Source of the DNA: an uncultured Gemmatimonadales bacterium | GTDB taxonomy: Bacteria; Gemmatimonadota; Gemmatimonadetes; Gemmatimonadales; GWC2-71-9 | Length of the DNA stretch: 64,000 bases | Reading direction: 5' to 3' | Assembly (NCBI GenBank): GCA_963798915.1 | Contig: CAWCVB010000006.1 | Location: 1 to 64,000, forward strand | Part shown: positions 47,198-57,839 of the stretch, in pieces | Layout of the letters: the number at the start of each line of letters is the position of its first letter | Position numbering within the stretch: the stretch's first letter is position 1 | Position numbers and translations under genes: made by a program | Notes under the pieces: model-generated | What the model was told of the DNA's origin: nothing | What the model saw: the letters and a program-made list of their open reading frames with translations, nothing else | Databases searched by the model: none

Positions 47198-48142
47198 ATG
47201 TCGAGAACAGCGGTTCTGGCCCTCGGAGGCAATGCGCTCTCCCACTCGGGCGAGCGGGCCACAATCGCCAACCAGTTCCGCCACGCGCGCGAGAGCGTAG
47301 CGCCGATCGTGGAACTGGCTCGGGATGGCTGGAACATCGCCATCGTCCACGGCAACGGTCCTCAGGTGGGCGACGAACTGGTGCGGCACGAACTCGCCAG
47401 CGCGGAGGCCGAACCACTGCCCCTCGGTGTGCTCGTCGCGGGCACGGCGGGATGGATCGGCTACATGCTGCAGCAGTCGCTCGAGAATGGCCTTGCTGAT
47501 GCCGGCGTCGATCGCCCTGTCATCACGATCATCACGCAGACGGAGGTGGATCCCTCCGATCCGGGCCTCGAGCGCGCGACCAAGCCGATCGGGCACGAAA
47601 TGCCGCAGAGCCGGGCCGACCTCTTGCGGGCGACGGGCATTCCGGTGGGCAAGGACGGGGCAGGGCGCTGGCGTCGCCTGGCCGCCAGCCCGCTGCCGAT
47701 CGGCATCGTCGAGGCTGCGCTGGTCCGTTCGCTGGTGCATGCCGGCGTGATCGTGATTGCTGCGGGAGGCGGGGGACCGCCAGTCTATCGGGACCCGCTG
47801 CTCGGGTTCGAAGGGCTCGATGCGGTGGTGGATAAGGACCTGGTCGCGTCACTGCTCGCGACCGGGCTGGAGGCGAATGTGCTGTTGATCCTGACCGATG
47901 TGGACGGGGTCTACCGCAATTGGGGCGCCGCTGACGCCAAGCGCATTCCACGAATGTCGCTCGACGAGGCCGATGCCCTCATCGGGTCAGGGACCGTCCC
48001 GGCTGGCAGCATGCAACCGAAGCTGGAGGCGGCAATCGAATTTGTTCGCGCCGGCGGAGACCGGGCGGTCATTGCCCGCCTCGCCGACGGCCCGGCTGCC
48101 CTCAGGGGTGAGACCGGAACGACAATTGCGAGGGAGACGTGA
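47198..48142 (+). CDS. arcC: Carbamate kinase
   Basis: ALGGNAL, HGNGPQVG, TKPIG, GGGGPPV, AVVDKD, GSMQPK. Confidence 0.92.
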   Translation: MSRTAVLALGGNALSHSGERATIANQFRHARESVAPIVELARDGWNIAIVHGNGPQVGDELVRHELASAEAEPLPLGVLVAGTAGWIGYMLQQSLENGLADAGVDRPVITIITQTEVDPSDPGLERATKPIGHEMPQSRADLLRATGIPVGKDGAGRWRRLAASPLPIGIVEAALVRSLVHAGVIVIAAGGGGPPVYRDPLLGFEGLDAVVDKDLVASLLATGLEANVLLILTDVDGVYRNWGAADAKRIPRMSLDEADALIGSGTVPAGSMQPKLEAAIEFVRAGGDRAVIARLADGPAALRGETGTTIARET

Positions 48143-49278
48143 ATCTTCACGAGTACCAGGCGCGCGAGCTGCTCAAGGCGGCGGGCGTGCCGATGTTCGA
48201 TGGCGGTGTGGCGAGTACACCCGAAGAGGCCGAAGCGATCGCGCGCAAGCTGGGCGGGAACACGGTCGTCAAGGCGCAGGTGCACGCGGGCGGCCGTGGA
48301 AAGGCGGGTGGTGTGAAGCTGGCGAATTCGCCGGACGAAGCGCGCCAGCATGCCAAGGCCATCCTGGGCATGAGCATCAAGGGGCTGACCGTCAGCAAGG
48401 TGCTGGTTGTCCCCGCCGCCGAAATCGCCAGCGAATCCTACGTCGGGCTGATCATGGATCGGGTCACCCAGGGACCGGTCTTCATCGTGAGCGCGGCGGG
48501 TGGAGTGGACATCGAAGAGGTCGCTGCCACCACGCCCGAAAGGATCACCCGGCTGCCGATCGATCCAGTCTACGGCCTGCTGCCGCACCAGGCCCTTGGC
48601 CTGGCATTTTCACTCTATCAGGATTACGCGCAGGTCCGGACTGCTGCGCGGATCATGCAGCAACTCTACCAGGTGTTCACCGCCAACGGCTGTTCGCTCG
48701 CGGAGGTGAATCCACTGGTGACGACCCCCGCCGGAGAGGTGCTCGCGCTCGATGCCAAGATTTCGCTGGACGACAATGAGCTGGACCGTCGCCCCGATCT
48801 GGCTGCGCTGCGTGACGATTCCGCTGAGGCGCCGAGTGAAGTGGCTGCCCGCCAGGCGGGCCTGACCTTCATCAAGCTCGACGGCAACGTCGGATGCGTG
48901 GTCAATGGCGCGGGATTGGCGATGGCGACGATGGATCTGGTCAAGTATTACGGTGGTGAGCCCGCAAATTTCCTGGACATCGGCGGCAGCTCGAACCCGG
49001 CCAAGGTAGTCAACGCCCTCCGCATCATCACGTCCGATCCCGCGGTGAAAGCCATCCTCTTCAACATTTTCGGCGGGATCACGCGCACCGACGACGTTGC
49101 CAATGGGATCCGGACGGCGCTGGAAGAGTTCCCGGTGACGGTGCCGATCGTGGTGCGGTTGACGGGAACAAACGAGGCTGAGGCAGTAAAGATCCTGCAG
49201 GGCATTGGCATGACGGCGCTGAGCGACATGGACGAAGCAGTCGAGAAGGTGGTGGCGCTCGTGAAGGAGGCGGCGTGA
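48139..49278 (+). CDS. sucC: Succinyl-CoA synthetase beta subunit
   Basis: [39 protein letters not shown]. Confidence 0.96.
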   Translation: MNLHEYQARELLKAAGVPMFDGGVASTPEEAEAIARKLGGNTVVKAQVHAGGRGKAGGVKLANSPDEARQHAKAILGMSIKGLTVSKVLVVPAAEIASESYVGLIMDRVTQGPVFIVSAAGGVDIEEVAATTPERITRLPIDPVYGLLPHQALGLAFSLYQDYAQVRTAARIMQQLYQVFTANGCSLAEVNPLVTTPAGEVLALDAKISLDDNELDRRPDLAALRDDSAEAPSEVAARQAGLTFIKLDGNVGCVVNGAGLAMATMDLVKYYGGEPANFLDIGGSSNPAKVVNALRIITSDPAVKAILFNIFGGITRTDDVANGIRTALEEFPVTVPIVVRLTGTNEAEAVKILQGIGMTALSDMDEAVEKVVALVKEAA

Positions 49279-50147
49279 GCATCTTCATCAACCGCGACAC
49301 CCGCCTCGTCGTCCAGGGCATCACGGGCCGTGACGGCTCGTTCCACAGTCGCCAGATGATGGAGTACGGCACCAGCATCGTGGCCGGCGTCACCCCGGGC
49401 AAGGGCGGTCAGCAGTTCGAGGGCCAGGTCCCCATCTTCAACACCGTGGCCGATGCCGTAGCGCAGGCCGGTGCGAATACCTCGGTCATCTATGTTCCGC
49501 CCGCCGGTGCGGCCGGCGCCATCATGGAGGCGGTGGACGCCGGGATCGGGCTGGTGGTCTGCATTACGGAAGGCGTGCCCGTCATGGAGATGACACGGGT
49601 CATGCCCTACGTCCGCGCACGGGGGGCACGGCTCATCGGGCCGAACTGTCCGGGGCTCATCTCGCCCGGCCAGAGCAAGGTGGGAATCATCCCGGGCAAC
49701 ATCTGCGCGCCGGGGCGCGTCGGATTGGTGTCCCGAAGCGGCACGCTCACTTACGAGGTCGTCAATCACCTGACGCTCCAGAAGATCGGTCAGAGCAGCT
49801 GCGTGGGCATCGGTGGCGATCCGTTGATCGGCACCAACTTCATTGACTGCCTCCGGGCATTCGAGAACGACCCCGATACCGACGCGGTGGTGATGATTGG
49901 CGAAATCGGCGGCACTGACGAACAGAACGCTGCTGACTTCGTGCAGGCCAGCATGTCCAAGCCGGTCGTCGGATTCATTGCCGGCCAGACGGCGCCCAAG
50001 GGGCGTCGGATGGGTCACGCGGGCGCCATCATCTCGGGCTCGAGCGGCACCGCTGAGGAAAAGATGGCCGCGTTCGGCGCCGCCGGGATCGCCGTGATGA
50101 AGCGACCTGTGGATGTGGTGGAGCTGGTCAGGCGGGCGCTCGCGTAG
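49275..50147 (+). CDS. sucD: Succinyl-CoA synthetase alpha subunit
   Basis: [28 protein letters not shown]. Confidence 0.96.
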   Translation: MSIFINRDTRLVVQGITGRDGSFHSRQMMEYGTSIVAGVTPGKGGQQFEGQVPIFNTVADAVAQAGANTSVIYVPPAGAAGAIMEAVDAGIGLVVCITEGVPVMEMTRVMPYVRARGARLIGPNCPGLISPGQSKVGIIPGNICAPGRVGLVSRSGTLTYEVVNHLTLQKIGQSSCVGIGGDPLIGTNFIDCLRAFENDPDTDAVVMIGEIGGTDEQNAADFVQASMSKPVVGFIAGQTAPKGRRMGHAGAIISGSSGTAEEKMAAFGAAGIAVMKRPVDVVELVRRALA

Positions 50148-50180
50148 GGGCTCGGGCCCGGTTCATTCACGGAGAGTTTC

Positions 50181-50624
50181 ATGTCAGGCAATCGAACGCT
50201 GGCCATCATCAAGCCGGATGCTATCGAGAGCGGAAAAGCCGGGGTCATCCTGGCGCATCTCGAGCGCGAGGGCTTCACCGTCCGCGCCGCACGGCTGGTT
50301 CGGATGTCGCCGGGGCAGGCGGGCGCATTCTACGAGGTGCACCGGGGCCGGCCGTTCTACGATGAGCTGGTGCGATTCATGTCGAGCCGGCCATGCATGC
50401 CGCTCGTGCTGGAGCGCGACGATGCGGTGGCGCGCTACCGTCTGGTCATCGGCGCCACGGATCCGGCGGAAGCCGATGCCGGAACGGTTCGCAAGCTGTA
50501 CGCAGAATCCAAGGGGCGGAACGCCGTGCACGGCTCCGACAGCGACGACAACGCCCAACGCGAGATCGGGTTCTTCTTTTCCGAAGGCGAGCTGGCCCAG
50601 CTCTGGGCCGAGGGCTCGGCTTGA
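50181..50624 (+). CDS. ndk: Nucleoside diphosphate kinase
   Basis: TLAIIKPDA, GATDP, NAVHGSDS. Confidence 0.96.
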   Translation: MSGNRTLAIIKPDAIESGKAGVILAHLEREGFTVRAARLVRMSPGQAGAFYEVHRGRPFYDELVRFMSSRPCMPLVLERDDAVARYRLVIGATDPAEADAGTVRKLYAESKGRNAVHGSDSDDNAQREIGFFFSEGELAQLWAEGSA

Positions 50625-50649
50625 CCTAACTTGCGCCGTTGTCTAGCTT
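50621..50649 (+). promoter_or_regulatory. Sigma-70-type promoter of the yceD-rpmF-plsX-fab cluster
   Basis: TTGACC-N17-TAGCTT; the ATG at 50658 lies near the expected +1. Confidence 0.5.
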
Positions 50650-50657
50650 TAATGGCT

Positions 50658-51128
50658 ATGCTTCAAGTTGACTTGCGGGACATCCGGCGGGGTCCGGTCA
50701 CCACGGACGGGCAGCTCGCTCAGGACGACCCCGCGCTGGAAGGGCTGGAGATCCAACTGCTTGCGCCGGTGGAGGTGACCGGGCGGGTGCAGGCCACCGA
50801 GGAAGGCGACTTCCTGTGGCGCGGTTCCATCCGCACCCGGGTCGCGGGCGAGTGCCGCCGCTGCCTCGCGCCGCTCGAGCTGGACGTCGCCGTCGAGCCC
50901 GATATCCTCTTCAGCGCCGACCCGGATTCGGCCGAGGACCCCAGCGTGTACCAGTTGGCGGCGAGCGATACCCATCTTGAGTTGGCGAAAGCCATTCGCG
51001 AGGAACTTGCGCTGGCCGTGTCGCCACTCCCGGTTTGCCGGGAAGACTGTGCCGGTCTATGCCCACGGTGTGGTGCAGACCTCAATGCGGGCCCGTGCGG
51101 TTGCACGGCGGCCGCCGAACCCGTCTAG
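50658..51128 (+). CDS. yceD: YceD/DUF177 protein
   Basis: ECRRCL, CREDCAGLCPRCGADLN..CGC; upstream of rpmF. Confidence 0.9.
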   Translation: MLQVDLRDIRRGPVTTDGQLAQDDPALEGLEIQLLAPVEVTGRVQATEEGDFLWRGSIRTRVAGECRRCLAPLELDVAVEPDILFSADPDSAEDPSVYQLAASDTHLELAKAIREELALAVSPLPVCREDCAGLCPRCGADLNAGPCGCTAAAEPV

Positions 51129-51136
51129 AGGATTCA

Positions 51137-51319
51137 ATGGCAGTCCCGAAGCGTCGTACCTCGAAGTCGCGCAAGCGCCTCCGCCGCGGTCACCATAACG
51201 CGATCTCCACCACGCCGCAGGCCTGCGCACGATGCGGGTCCCCCAAGCTGCCCCACCGCGTCTGCGGATCGTGCGGCTACTATCGCGGCAAGAAGCAGGT
51301 CGAGGTCGAGGACCAGTAG
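51137..51319 (+). CDS. rpmF: 50S ribosomal protein L32
   Basis: MAVPKRRTSKSRKRLRR..CARCG..PHRVCGSCGYY. Confidence 0.97.
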   Translation: MAVPKRRTSKSRKRLRRGHHNAISTTPQACARCGSPKLPHRVCGSCGYYRGKKQVEVEDQ

Positions 51320-51321
51320 CC

Positions 51322-52332
51322 GTGATCCGCGTCGCGCTAGACGCGATGGGGGGCGACACCGCTCCGCAGGCCGAAGTCGAGGGAGCACTCCTGGCGATCC
51401 AGGAGTATCCCGACCTGCAGGTCCAGCTGGTCGGTCGCCCTGAGGCGGTGCACGCCGTGCTGGCCGGCCGGCCCGGCGCGGAGGCTGCACGCCTGTCAGT
51501 GATTCCTGCAAGCGAAGTGATCGGCATGGAGGAGAAGCCATTGGCTGCGGTGCGGGCCAAGCGCGACTCCTCGATCGTTGTCGGGCTGGGCCTGCAGAAG
51601 CGGGGCGAGTCGGACGCGTTTGTCTCGGCCGGCAATACGGGCGCCGTGCTCGCAGCTTCTACCATCCAGCTCGGCTTGCACGATGGAGTGGAACGGGCCA
51701 CGGTCGCGACGCTGTTTCCCACCGCGGACGCCCCGGTGCTGGTCCTCGATGGCGGCGCCAATGTCGATTGCAGCGCTCGCGAGCTCGCCGGCTTTGCCCT
51801 GCTCGGGATGGTCTACGTGCGCGAGATCTTTGGGCGGCCGGACCCGGCCATCGGGCTGCTCAACGTCGGCGAGGAAGAGGAGAAGGGCAACGCCGCGGTG
51901 CGCGAGGCCAATCGGCTCCTCCGGGCCATGCCCGGCATCCGCTACATCGGGAACATCGAGGGGCGCGACATCCTGGCCGGCCACGAGAAGCACGGGGCAG
52001 TCGACGTGGTCGTTTGCGACGGATTCGTCGGCAACATCGTCCTGAAGTTCTACGAGTCGGTCGCCCGGCTCATCGTGCGGATGGTCAAGCGCCAGGCGCC
52101 CGCGATCCTGGAACGCGACGACGTGCGCAAGGTGTTCCGAACCCTCGACTATGCCGAGTATGGCGGTGCACCCCTGCTGGGGGTCAAGGGAGTCTCGATC
52201 ATCGCCCACGGCTCTTCCGGGCCCAACGCCATCAAGAACGCGCTGCGTGTTGCGCAGCAGGCCGTCCGCGCCGAGCTGAGCGAGCACATCCGGCTGGAGC
52301 TGGCCCAGCGGGCCGCCGTGGCCAGCACATGA
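51322..52332 (+). CDS. plsX: Phosphate acyltransferase
   Basis: ALDAMGGD, SAGNTGA, LDGGAN, LLNVGEE..KG, CDGFVGN, HGSS. Confidence 0.95.
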   Translation: MIRVALDAMGGDTAPQAEVEGALLAIQEYPDLQVQLVGRPEAVHAVLAGRPGAEAARLSVIPASEVIGMEEKPLAAVRAKRDSSIVVGLGLQKRGESDAFVSAGNTGAVLAASTIQLGLHDGVERATVATLFPTADAPVLVLDGGANVDCSARELAGFALLGMVYVREIFGRPDPAIGLLNVGEEEEKGNAAVREANRLLRAMPGIRYIGNIEGRDILAGHEKHGAVDVVVCDGFVGNIVLKFYESVARLIVRMVKRQAPAILERDDVRKVFRTLDYAEYGGAPLLGVKGVSIIAHGSSGPNAIKNALRVAQQAVRAELSEHIRLELAQRAAVAST

Positions 52333-53337
52333 AGGGCCCGCCCCGTCCCTTTGCCCGCATCGCCGGCCTTGGCGTCGCCGTGCCCGAGCGCGTCGTTCCC
52401 AACAGCTGGTTCGAGGAGCGGCTCGACACGTCCGACCAGTGGATTGTGGACCGTACCGGCATCCGGGAGCGGCATTTTGCCGGCCCGGCCGATACGGTAG
52501 CGAGCCTCTCCGCTACCGCGGCAGCTGGCGCCCTCGAGCGGGCCGGGCTCACGCCCGCGCAGCTGGACGCCATCGTTCTGGGCACGGCAACGCCGGACCG
52601 CCTGCTGCCCGCCACGGCCTGTGACCTGCAGGCCCTCATCGGCGCCACCAACGCCTTCGCGCTCGATATCGATGCGGCCTGTCCGGGCTTTCTCTTTGCG
52701 CTGTCCATGGCCGAGGGCCTCATCGCTGCCGGGCAAGGCGACAACATTCTCGTCCTGGGTGCGGAAAAGCTGACGGCCATTACTGACTTTGAGGACCGCG
52801 GGACGGCCGTGCTCTTCGGAGACGGGGCCGGCGCCGTGGTCTTGACGCGCACGGTTCCCGATGGGCCGGCACCGCGGGGGATTCTTTCCTCGTTTCTCAA
52901 GTCGGACGGTCGCCTTGCGGACCTGCTGTATCGGCCGGGCGGAGGGTCCCTGCAGCCGATCAGCCATGAAGTGGTGACCGAGCGTTCCCAGTTCATGAAG
53001 ATGCAGGGGCGCGAGGTCTTCAAGGCCGCGGTGCGGGCCATGGCCGAGGCCTGCGACGAGGCGCTGCAGCGTGCCGGCGTCACCGGCGACGACATTGATC
53101 TCCTCGTGCCCCATCAGGCCAACCTTCGCATCATCGACGCGACGGCGCGGCATGCGGGCGTGCCGATGAACAAGGTGATGGTCAATGTCGAGAAGTATGG
53201 CAATACCTCGTCGGCGTCGATCCCGCTGGCACTGGCCCAGGCCGGAAGCCGAGCAGCGTATACGCCCCGGTTCGCTGGTGCTGCTGGTGGCGTTTGGCGC
53301 CGGCTTCACCTGGGCGAGTTCGGTCGTCCGGTGGTAA
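52329..53337 (+). CDS. fabH: 3-oxoacyl-ACP synthase III (frameshift near 53243)
   Basis: [41 protein letters not shown]; the shifted frame gives [11 protein letters not shown]. Confidence 0.92.
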
Positions 53338-54272
53338 CTGTGGTCATCTGCCCGGGGCAGGGCTCCCAGAAGGTGGGCATGGGGCGTGAGCTGGCCGACG
53401 CCTTTCCGGCCGCGCGCGAGGTCTTCGAACGGGTGGACGATGCGCTTGACGCGCATCTCACGCGCGTCATGTGGGACGGCCCCGAGGAGGAGCTGACCCT
53501 CACGCACAATGCCCAGCCGGCGATCCTCGCGCATTCAATCGCGGCACTCGCAGCCGCAGGCGAGCTGGTGGGCACGGTGGCACTGGCGGCCGGTCACAGT
53601 CTGGGCGAGTACTCCGCCTATGTCGCGGCCAGGTCGCTGAGCATCGAAGATGCCGCCCGATTGGTTCGGCGCCGCGGCGAGCTCATGTTCCAGGCGGGAC
53701 AGGCACGCCCGGGTGCCATGGCGGCTGTGCTTGGTCTTGCCACCGCCGAAGTGGCGTCGGCCTGCGCCGAGTCGAGCGACGGCGCGGGCGTTGCTGTCGC
53801 GGCCAACCAGAACGCCCCTGACCAGACTGTCATCTCAGGAGACCCGGAGGCGGTGGAGCGGGCCAGCGCCCGCTGCCGGGATGCCGGCGCCAAGCGGGTC
53901 ATTCCCCTCAAGGTGAGCGGCGCGTTTCATTCGCCGCTCATGGAGCCCGCAGTGGCCGGGCTGGCCGCGGCACTGGGCGAGACCGACTTCAAGGAGCCCG
54001 CCTTTCCTGTCGTGGCCAACGCGACGGCGACGCCCGTCCGCACCGCGGCGGAGGCGCGCCAGCGGCTCGTCGAGCAGCTCACGGCGCCGGTCCGATGGGT
54101 GGCCAGCGTAGAGACACTGGCCCATGAGGCTCCGGGAGCGCGCTTCATCGAAGCGGGACCCGGCGCTGTGCTCTCGGGGCTGGTGCGCCGGATCATCCCC
54201 GGTTGTGAGACGCTGACGCTCGGCACGCCTGACGATGTCAGCCGACTCTCCGCGCCAACGGAGGGCTCCTGA
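53331..54272 (+). CDS. fabD: Malonyl-CoA:ACP transacylase
   Basis: PGQGSQ, AQPAI, GHSLGE, VSGAFHS; the fusion with fabH in ORF 51768..54272 arises from the frameshift. Confidence 0.94.
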   Translation: MVTVVICPGQGSQKVGMGRELADAFPAAREVFERVDDALDAHLTRVMWDGPEEELTLTHNAQPAILAHSIAALAAAGELVGTVALAAGHSLGEYSAYVAARSLSIEDAARLVRRRGELMFQAGQARPGAMAAVLGLATAEVASACAESSDGAGVAVAANQNAPDQTVISGDPEAVERASARCRDAGAKRVIPLKVSGAFHSPLMEPAVAGLAAALGETDFKEPAFPVVANATATPVRTAAEARQRLVEQLTAPVRWVASVETLAHEAPGARFIEAGPGAVLSGLVRRIIPGCETLTLGTPDDVSRLSAPTEGS

Positions 54273-55021
54273 TGGGCACTGCGCCGCAGATGGACCTGAG
54301 CGGCCAGGGCGCCCTGGTGACGGGCGGGAGCCGCGGGATCGGGCTGGCCATTGCCCGCTCGCTCGCCTCTGCCGGTGCCAGAGTGGCCATCGCCGCGCGC
54401 GACCTGGAGCGAGCCAGCGCGGCGGCCGCCGATCTCGGGCGCGGCACCGTGGCCGTCGGCTGCGACGTCGCCAACGAGGGCCAGGTCGAGAAAGCCATCC
54501 GGGAGGCGGAAGCGGGAATCGGAAGCATCGATATTCTGGTCAACAACGCGGGGCTGACCCGGGACAACATCCTCATGCGGCTGGGCGATGACGACTGGGA
54601 CGCGGTGCTCGACGCCAATCTCAAGGGCGCCTTTCACACGACGCGTGCCTGCATCAAGGCCATGATGAAGCGCCGCCGGGGGCGCATCATCAACATTACG
54701 AGTGTGGTCGGGTTGACCGGCAACAAGGGGCAGGCCAATTACGCGGCGAGCAAGGCCGGACTGATCGGGTTCACCAAGTCGGTGGCGCGGGAGTACGCCA
54801 GCCGCGGTATCACCGCCAATTGTGTGGCCCCCGGTTACATCACCACCGACATGACGGATGCCTTGCCCGATGGGGCACGGAAGGCGTTATTAGACAGCAT
54901 CGCGCTCGGGCGGCTCGGCAGCCCCGATGACGTGGCCGGGGCGGTCCTGTTTCTGGCCTCGGAGCTGGCGAGCTACATCACGGGGCAGGTGCTCGTGGTG
55001 GACGGCGGCATGGTCATGTGA
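54272..55021 (+). CDS. fabG: 3-oxoacyl-ACP reductase
   Basis: TGGSRGIG, NNAGLTRD, NYAASKAG, VDGG. Confidence 0.95.
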   Translation: MGTAPQMDLSGQGALVTGGSRGIGLAIARSLASAGARVAIAARDLERASAAAADLGRGTVAVGCDVANEGQVEKAIREAEAGIGSIDILVNNAGLTRDNILMRLGDDDWDAVLDANLKGAFHTTRACIKAMMKRRRGRIINITSVVGLTGNKGQANYAASKAGLIGFTKSVAREYASRGITANCVAPGYITTDMTDALPDGARKALLDSIALGRLGSPDDVAGAVLFLASELASYITGQVLVVDGGMVM

Positions 55022-55051
55022 GCGGGCTCTCAATCCTAACACGAGGAAGAC

Positions 55052-55291
55052 ATGGACAACCTTGAAGAGAAGGTCAAGGATATCATCGTGGAGGAGCTCG
55101 GTGTCGAGCGTGAAAAGCTCACGTCCGAAGCCAGCTTCATGGAGGATCTGGGTGCGGACAGTCTGGATACCGTGGAGCTCGTGATGGCGTTCGAGAAGGA
55201 GTTCGACATCGACATTCCGGACGAGGACGCGGAAAAGATGCGCACCGTCGGCGATGCCATGAACTACCTGCATTCCAAGATCGGAAAGTAG
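55052..55291 (+). CDS. acpP: Acyl carrier protein
   Basis: [17 protein letters not shown]. Confidence 0.97.
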   Translation: MDNLEEKVKDIIVEELGVEREKLTSEASFMEDLGADSLDTVELVMAFEKEFDIDIPDEDAEKMRTVGDAMNYLHSKIGK

Positions 55292-55295
55292 GCCG

Positions 55296-56534
55296 TTGGC
55301 CCGCCGCGTCGTCGTCACCGGCATGGGGCTGGTGACCCCTGTCGGCAGCGATACCGAGTCGTCATGGAGCGCCCTGCTTGCAGGGCGCTCTGGTGCTGGC
55401 CCCATCACCAAGTTCGATGCTTCCCGGCTGTCCGTTCGCTTTGCGTGCGAGGTCAAGGACTTCGATCCGCTTCAGTACATCGATCGGAAGGAAGCCCGGC
55501 GCTACGACCTCTTCGCCCAGTTCGCCCTCGGCGCTGCCGCACAGGCGGTGCACCAGGCCGGCCTCGAGGGCGGCTTTCCCGCGCCCGAGCGGACCGGCGT
55601 CGTCATTGGCAGCGGCATCGGCGGCATGCAGACCTACGAGGACAATTGCCGGGCCTTCATCGAGCAGGGGCCCGACCGGGTCTCGCCGTTCTTCGTGCCC
55701 ATGTTCATCCCCGACATCGCCGCCGGACTGGTCTCCATCCGGTATGGCTTGCGGGGGCCAAACTTCGCCACCGTTTCCGCCTGCGCATCCTCGGCCCACG
55801 CCATCGGCGAGTCGTTGCGCATCATCCAGGCGGGACGGGCTGACTGCATGGTCACCGGTGGGTCAGAGGCGGCAATCACCGGCCTCACAGTGGCGGCATT
55901 CGCCAACATGAAGGCCCTGTCACCCCGGAACGACGACCCGGCGACAGCAAGTCGCCCCTTCGATCTGCACCGCGACGGCTTTGTGCTCGGCGATGGCGGA
56001 GGCGTGGTCGTGCTGGAAAGCCTGGAGCACGCCGAGGCGCGGGGAGCCACCGTCCTCGGCGAGGTCGCCGGGTATGGCGCCAGCGCCGATGCCTTCCACA
56101 TCACCTCTCCGCCCGAGTCGGGTGAGGGCGCCCAACTCGCCCTGCGGGCCTGCCTCGAGGACGGCGGTATCGCGCCCGAGGACGTGGGCTACATCAACGC
56201 GCACGGCACGTCCACGCCCGTGGGTGATGCGGCGGAGACGCGCGCGGTGAAGGCGGTATTTGGCGACCGGGCCAGGGACCTCGTGTTCGGTTCGACCAAG
56301 TCCATGACGGGCCACCTGCTGGGGGGCGCCGGCGCGCTGGAGTTCTGCGTGGCGCTGCTCAGCGTGATCCATGGCAAGATCCCGCCCACCATCAACCAGA
56401 TCACCCCGGACCCAGCCTGCGACCTGGACTCCGCCCCCAACGTCGCGCGTGAGCGGGAGGTCAAGGTGGCGCTCAGCAACTCGTTCGGCTTTGGTGGGCA
56501 TAACGCGACGCTTGCCGTCAAGCGCTTTACCTGA
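55296..56534 (+). CDS. fabF: 3-oxoacyl-ACP synthase II
   Basis: RRVVVTG, SACASS, NAHGTST, KSMTGHLLG, SNSFGFGGHN. Confidence 0.96.
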   Translation: MARRVVVTGMGLVTPVGSDTESSWSALLAGRSGAGPITKFDASRLSVRFACEVKDFDPLQYIDRKEARRYDLFAQFALGAAAQAVHQAGLEGGFPAPERTGVVIGSGIGGMQTYEDNCRAFIEQGPDRVSPFFVPMFIPDIAAGLVSIRYGLRGPNFATVSACASSAHAIGESLRIIQAGRADCMVTGGSEAAITGLTVAAFANMKALSPRNDDPATASRPFDLHRDGFVLGDGGGVVVLESLEHAEARGATVLGEVAGYGASADAFHITSPPESGEGAQLALRACLEDGGIAPEDVGYINAHGTSTPVGDAAETRAVKAVFGDRARDLVFGSTKSMTGHLLGGAGALEFCVALLSVIHGKIPPTINQITPDPACDLDSAPNVAREREVKVALSNSFGFGGHNATLAVKRFT

Positions 56535-56553
56535 GGCGACAGCCACCGGTCCG

Positions 56554-56589
56554 ACGAAGGCGCGGGCGTTGCTCGCGCCTTCGTTTTTT
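56554..56589 (+). terminator. Intrinsic terminator after fabF
   Basis: ACGAAGGCGCGGGC-GTT-GCTCGCGCCTTCGT followed by a T tract. Confidence 0.85.
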
Positions 56590-56648
56590 GCTGCCTGGTC
56601 ATATAGATTGCAGGTCCGTGCCACCCTGAGCTGTGTCAAGGAGAGACG

Positions 56649-57839
56649 ATGGCGGTGGAGCTGGATCGAACCCGCATTTCGGACCCTGCGCTCGAGCCGA
56701 TTGCGGAACAGGTGGAGGCGGGTGAGCGCCTGAGCCTTGACGCCGGCGAGGTGCTCTTCAGCACTCATGACATTCTCGGCCTTGGGACCCTGGCGGACTT
56801 TGCCAACCAGCGGCTCAACGGTGACCGCGTCTTCTTTTCCGCCAACCAGCATATCAACCCGACGAACGTCTGTATCCTGCGCAATACCTGCACCTTCTGC
56901 TCCTTTGCGCGCATGCCCAGGGAGGACGGTCACTACACCCGCACACTCGAGGAAGTGTTCCACGAAGCCGAGCAGGCGCGGGGCGCACCCACGCGTGAAT
57001 TCCACATCGTGGGCGGGTTGCACCCCAAGCTGCGGCTGGCGTACTACACCGACATGCTGCGCGGGCTCAAGGAACGGCATCCCGAGGTCCACATCAAGGC
57101 GCTGACGGCCGTGGAGATTGCCCACCTTGCGCGGATCGAGCGAACCTCGTCCCGAGAGGTGCTCGCGGCGTTGAAGGAGGCGGGCCTCACCAGTCTTCCC
57201 GGTGGCGGGGCAGAGGTCTTCAGCACCGCCGTGCGCGCCACCATCGCCGAGCGCAAGCTGACCGGCGCGGAGTGGATCCGGGTGCACCGCGAGGCACACG
57301 AGCTGGGGATCCCCACCAATTGCACCATGCTCTACGGGCATGTCGAGTCGCCGCGGGATCGGGTCGAACATCTGGACGCGCTGCGCCGGCTGCAGGATGA
57401 GACCGGCGGCTTCCTGACCTACATCCCGCTCGCTTATCACCCGGACAACAACGAGCTTGGAGAAGAACTGCATCGGGTCGGGACGGCCACGAGTGGTTTC
57501 GAGGATCTCAAGGCGATTGCGGTCGGCCGGCTCTTTCTCGACAACATTCCGCACATCAAGACCCATTGGCCGATGGTCACGCCATTCCTGTCGCAGATCG
57601 GCCTGAGTTTCGGCTGCGACGACGTTGAAGGCACGGTGGTCTTCGAGCGGATTTATCACGACGCCGGTGCCCACACCGATCGGGGGATGGCCTACTATGA
57701 CCTGGTGGAGCTGATTCGCGGTGCGGGCCGCCGGCCGGTCGAGCGCGACAGTCTCTACCATGCCGTGCGGGACAACTTCGATGATCTGGCACCACCGGCG
57801 CGGCCAGCACGTTCGCTGCCGGTCGTGAACGCCGCATGA
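56649..57839 (+). CDS. mqnE: Aminofutalosine synthase (radical SAM)
   Basis: HINPTNVC..CTFC, EFHIVGGLHP, HIKALTAVEI, PGGGAE, TMLYGHVE, ERIYHDAGA; clustered with mqnA and mqnC. Confidence 0.88.
   Translation: MAVELDRTRISDPALEPIAEQVEAGERLSLDAGEVLFSTHDILGLGTLADFANQRLNGDRVFFSANQHINPTNVCILRNTCTFCSFARMPREDGHYTRTLEEVFHEAEQARGAPTREFHIVGGLHPKLRLAYYTDMLRGLKERHPEVHIKALTAVEIAHLARIERTSSREVLAALKEAGLTSLPGGGAEVFSTAVRATIAERKLTGAEWIRVHREAHELGIPTNCTMLYGHVESPRDRVEHLDALRRLQDETGGFLTYIPLAYHPDNNELGEELHRVGTATSGFEDLKAIAVGRLFLDNIPHIKTHWPMVTPFLSQIGLSFGCDDVEGTVVFERIYHDAGAHTDRGMAYYDLVELIRGAGRRPVERDSLYHAVRDNFDDLAPPARPARSLPVVNAA

Noticed and set aside
51768..54272. 834-aa FabH-FabD fusion
   Set aside because: One extra base near 53243 joins the frames; the normal FabH C-terminus (GAGFTWA..RW*) is present in the shifted frame.
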